Shown in pieces: positions 40,336 through 40,471 of a stretch of 40,471 nt of DNA (positions are counted from its first letter, which is position 1; each line of letters begins with the position of its first letter). The notes under the pieces were generated by a model, which did no database searches, had not been told where the DNA came from, and saw nothing but the letters and a program-made list of their open reading frames with translations. The stretch comes from Mesotaenium endlicherianum (Eukaryota). The stretch spans positions 638,805 through 679,275 of the forward strand of contig WELA01002297.1 of assembly GCA_009602735.1 (NCBI GenBank), read 5' to 3'. The translations under genes and the position numbers were made by a program.

Positions 40336-40471
40336 AAATGAATCGACTTACCAAATAGGCGATTAACAATTAATAAAGATCTTTATATCAACAAGTAATC
40401 TTTATGGTACTTTCCGTTAACTGTTTAACGGCAAAAGGACAACGCACTAGCAGTGAATAATACTCGTCAGT

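Larger units (their letters stand above)
31565..40340 (-). mobile_element. Ty3/Gypsy LTR retrotransposon carrying a C5-cytosine DNA methyltransferase and an integrase-linked PHD finger (decayed copy, 5' end missing)
   Basis: Minus-strand order: CCHC knuckle, protease, DNMT, linker, RT (YIDD), RNase H, integrase, PHD, PPT, TG-starting LTR. PR-RT-RH-INT order identifies Gypsy. Confidence 0.92.

Noticed and set aside
40414..40450. Helitron 3' end (hairpin followed by CTAG)
   Set aside because: The stem is AT-rich, CTAG is followed by C rather than T, and no 5' TC terminus can be assigned.

Overview
Eukaryotic DNA with spliceosomal GT-AG introns, most likely from a streptophyte plant or alga; this is inferred from the gene family and GC-rich coding style, and the species cannot be determined. 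The left half holds one giant, GC-rich, multi-exon + strand gene (about 3386-20195, possibly ending at 20593). I reconstructed it as 10-11 phase-consistent exons encoding about 3,900 aa: tandem Agenet, AT-hook, MBD-like, TDBD (Jas/Tify), two PHD fingers and GNAT, i.e. an IDM1-family chromatin acetyltransferase, followed by a ~2,400-aa low-complexity tail. The right half is a nest of Ty3/Gypsy retroelements. The standout is a decayed minus-strand Gypsy (about 31565-40340) ordered Gag(CCHC) - protease - C5-cytosine DNA methyltransferase - long linker - RT - RNase H - integrase - PHD finger - PPT - LTR. This retrotransposon carries its own DNA methyltransferase and a histone-reader domain. Also present are an older Gypsy pol remnant interrupted by a 931-bp LTR, a small opposite-strand RT fragment, direct repeats with a CpG-decay signature, and a 692-nt poly-C run that is probably an assembly artefact. 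Most short ORFs in the track are shadows of GC-rich sequence.
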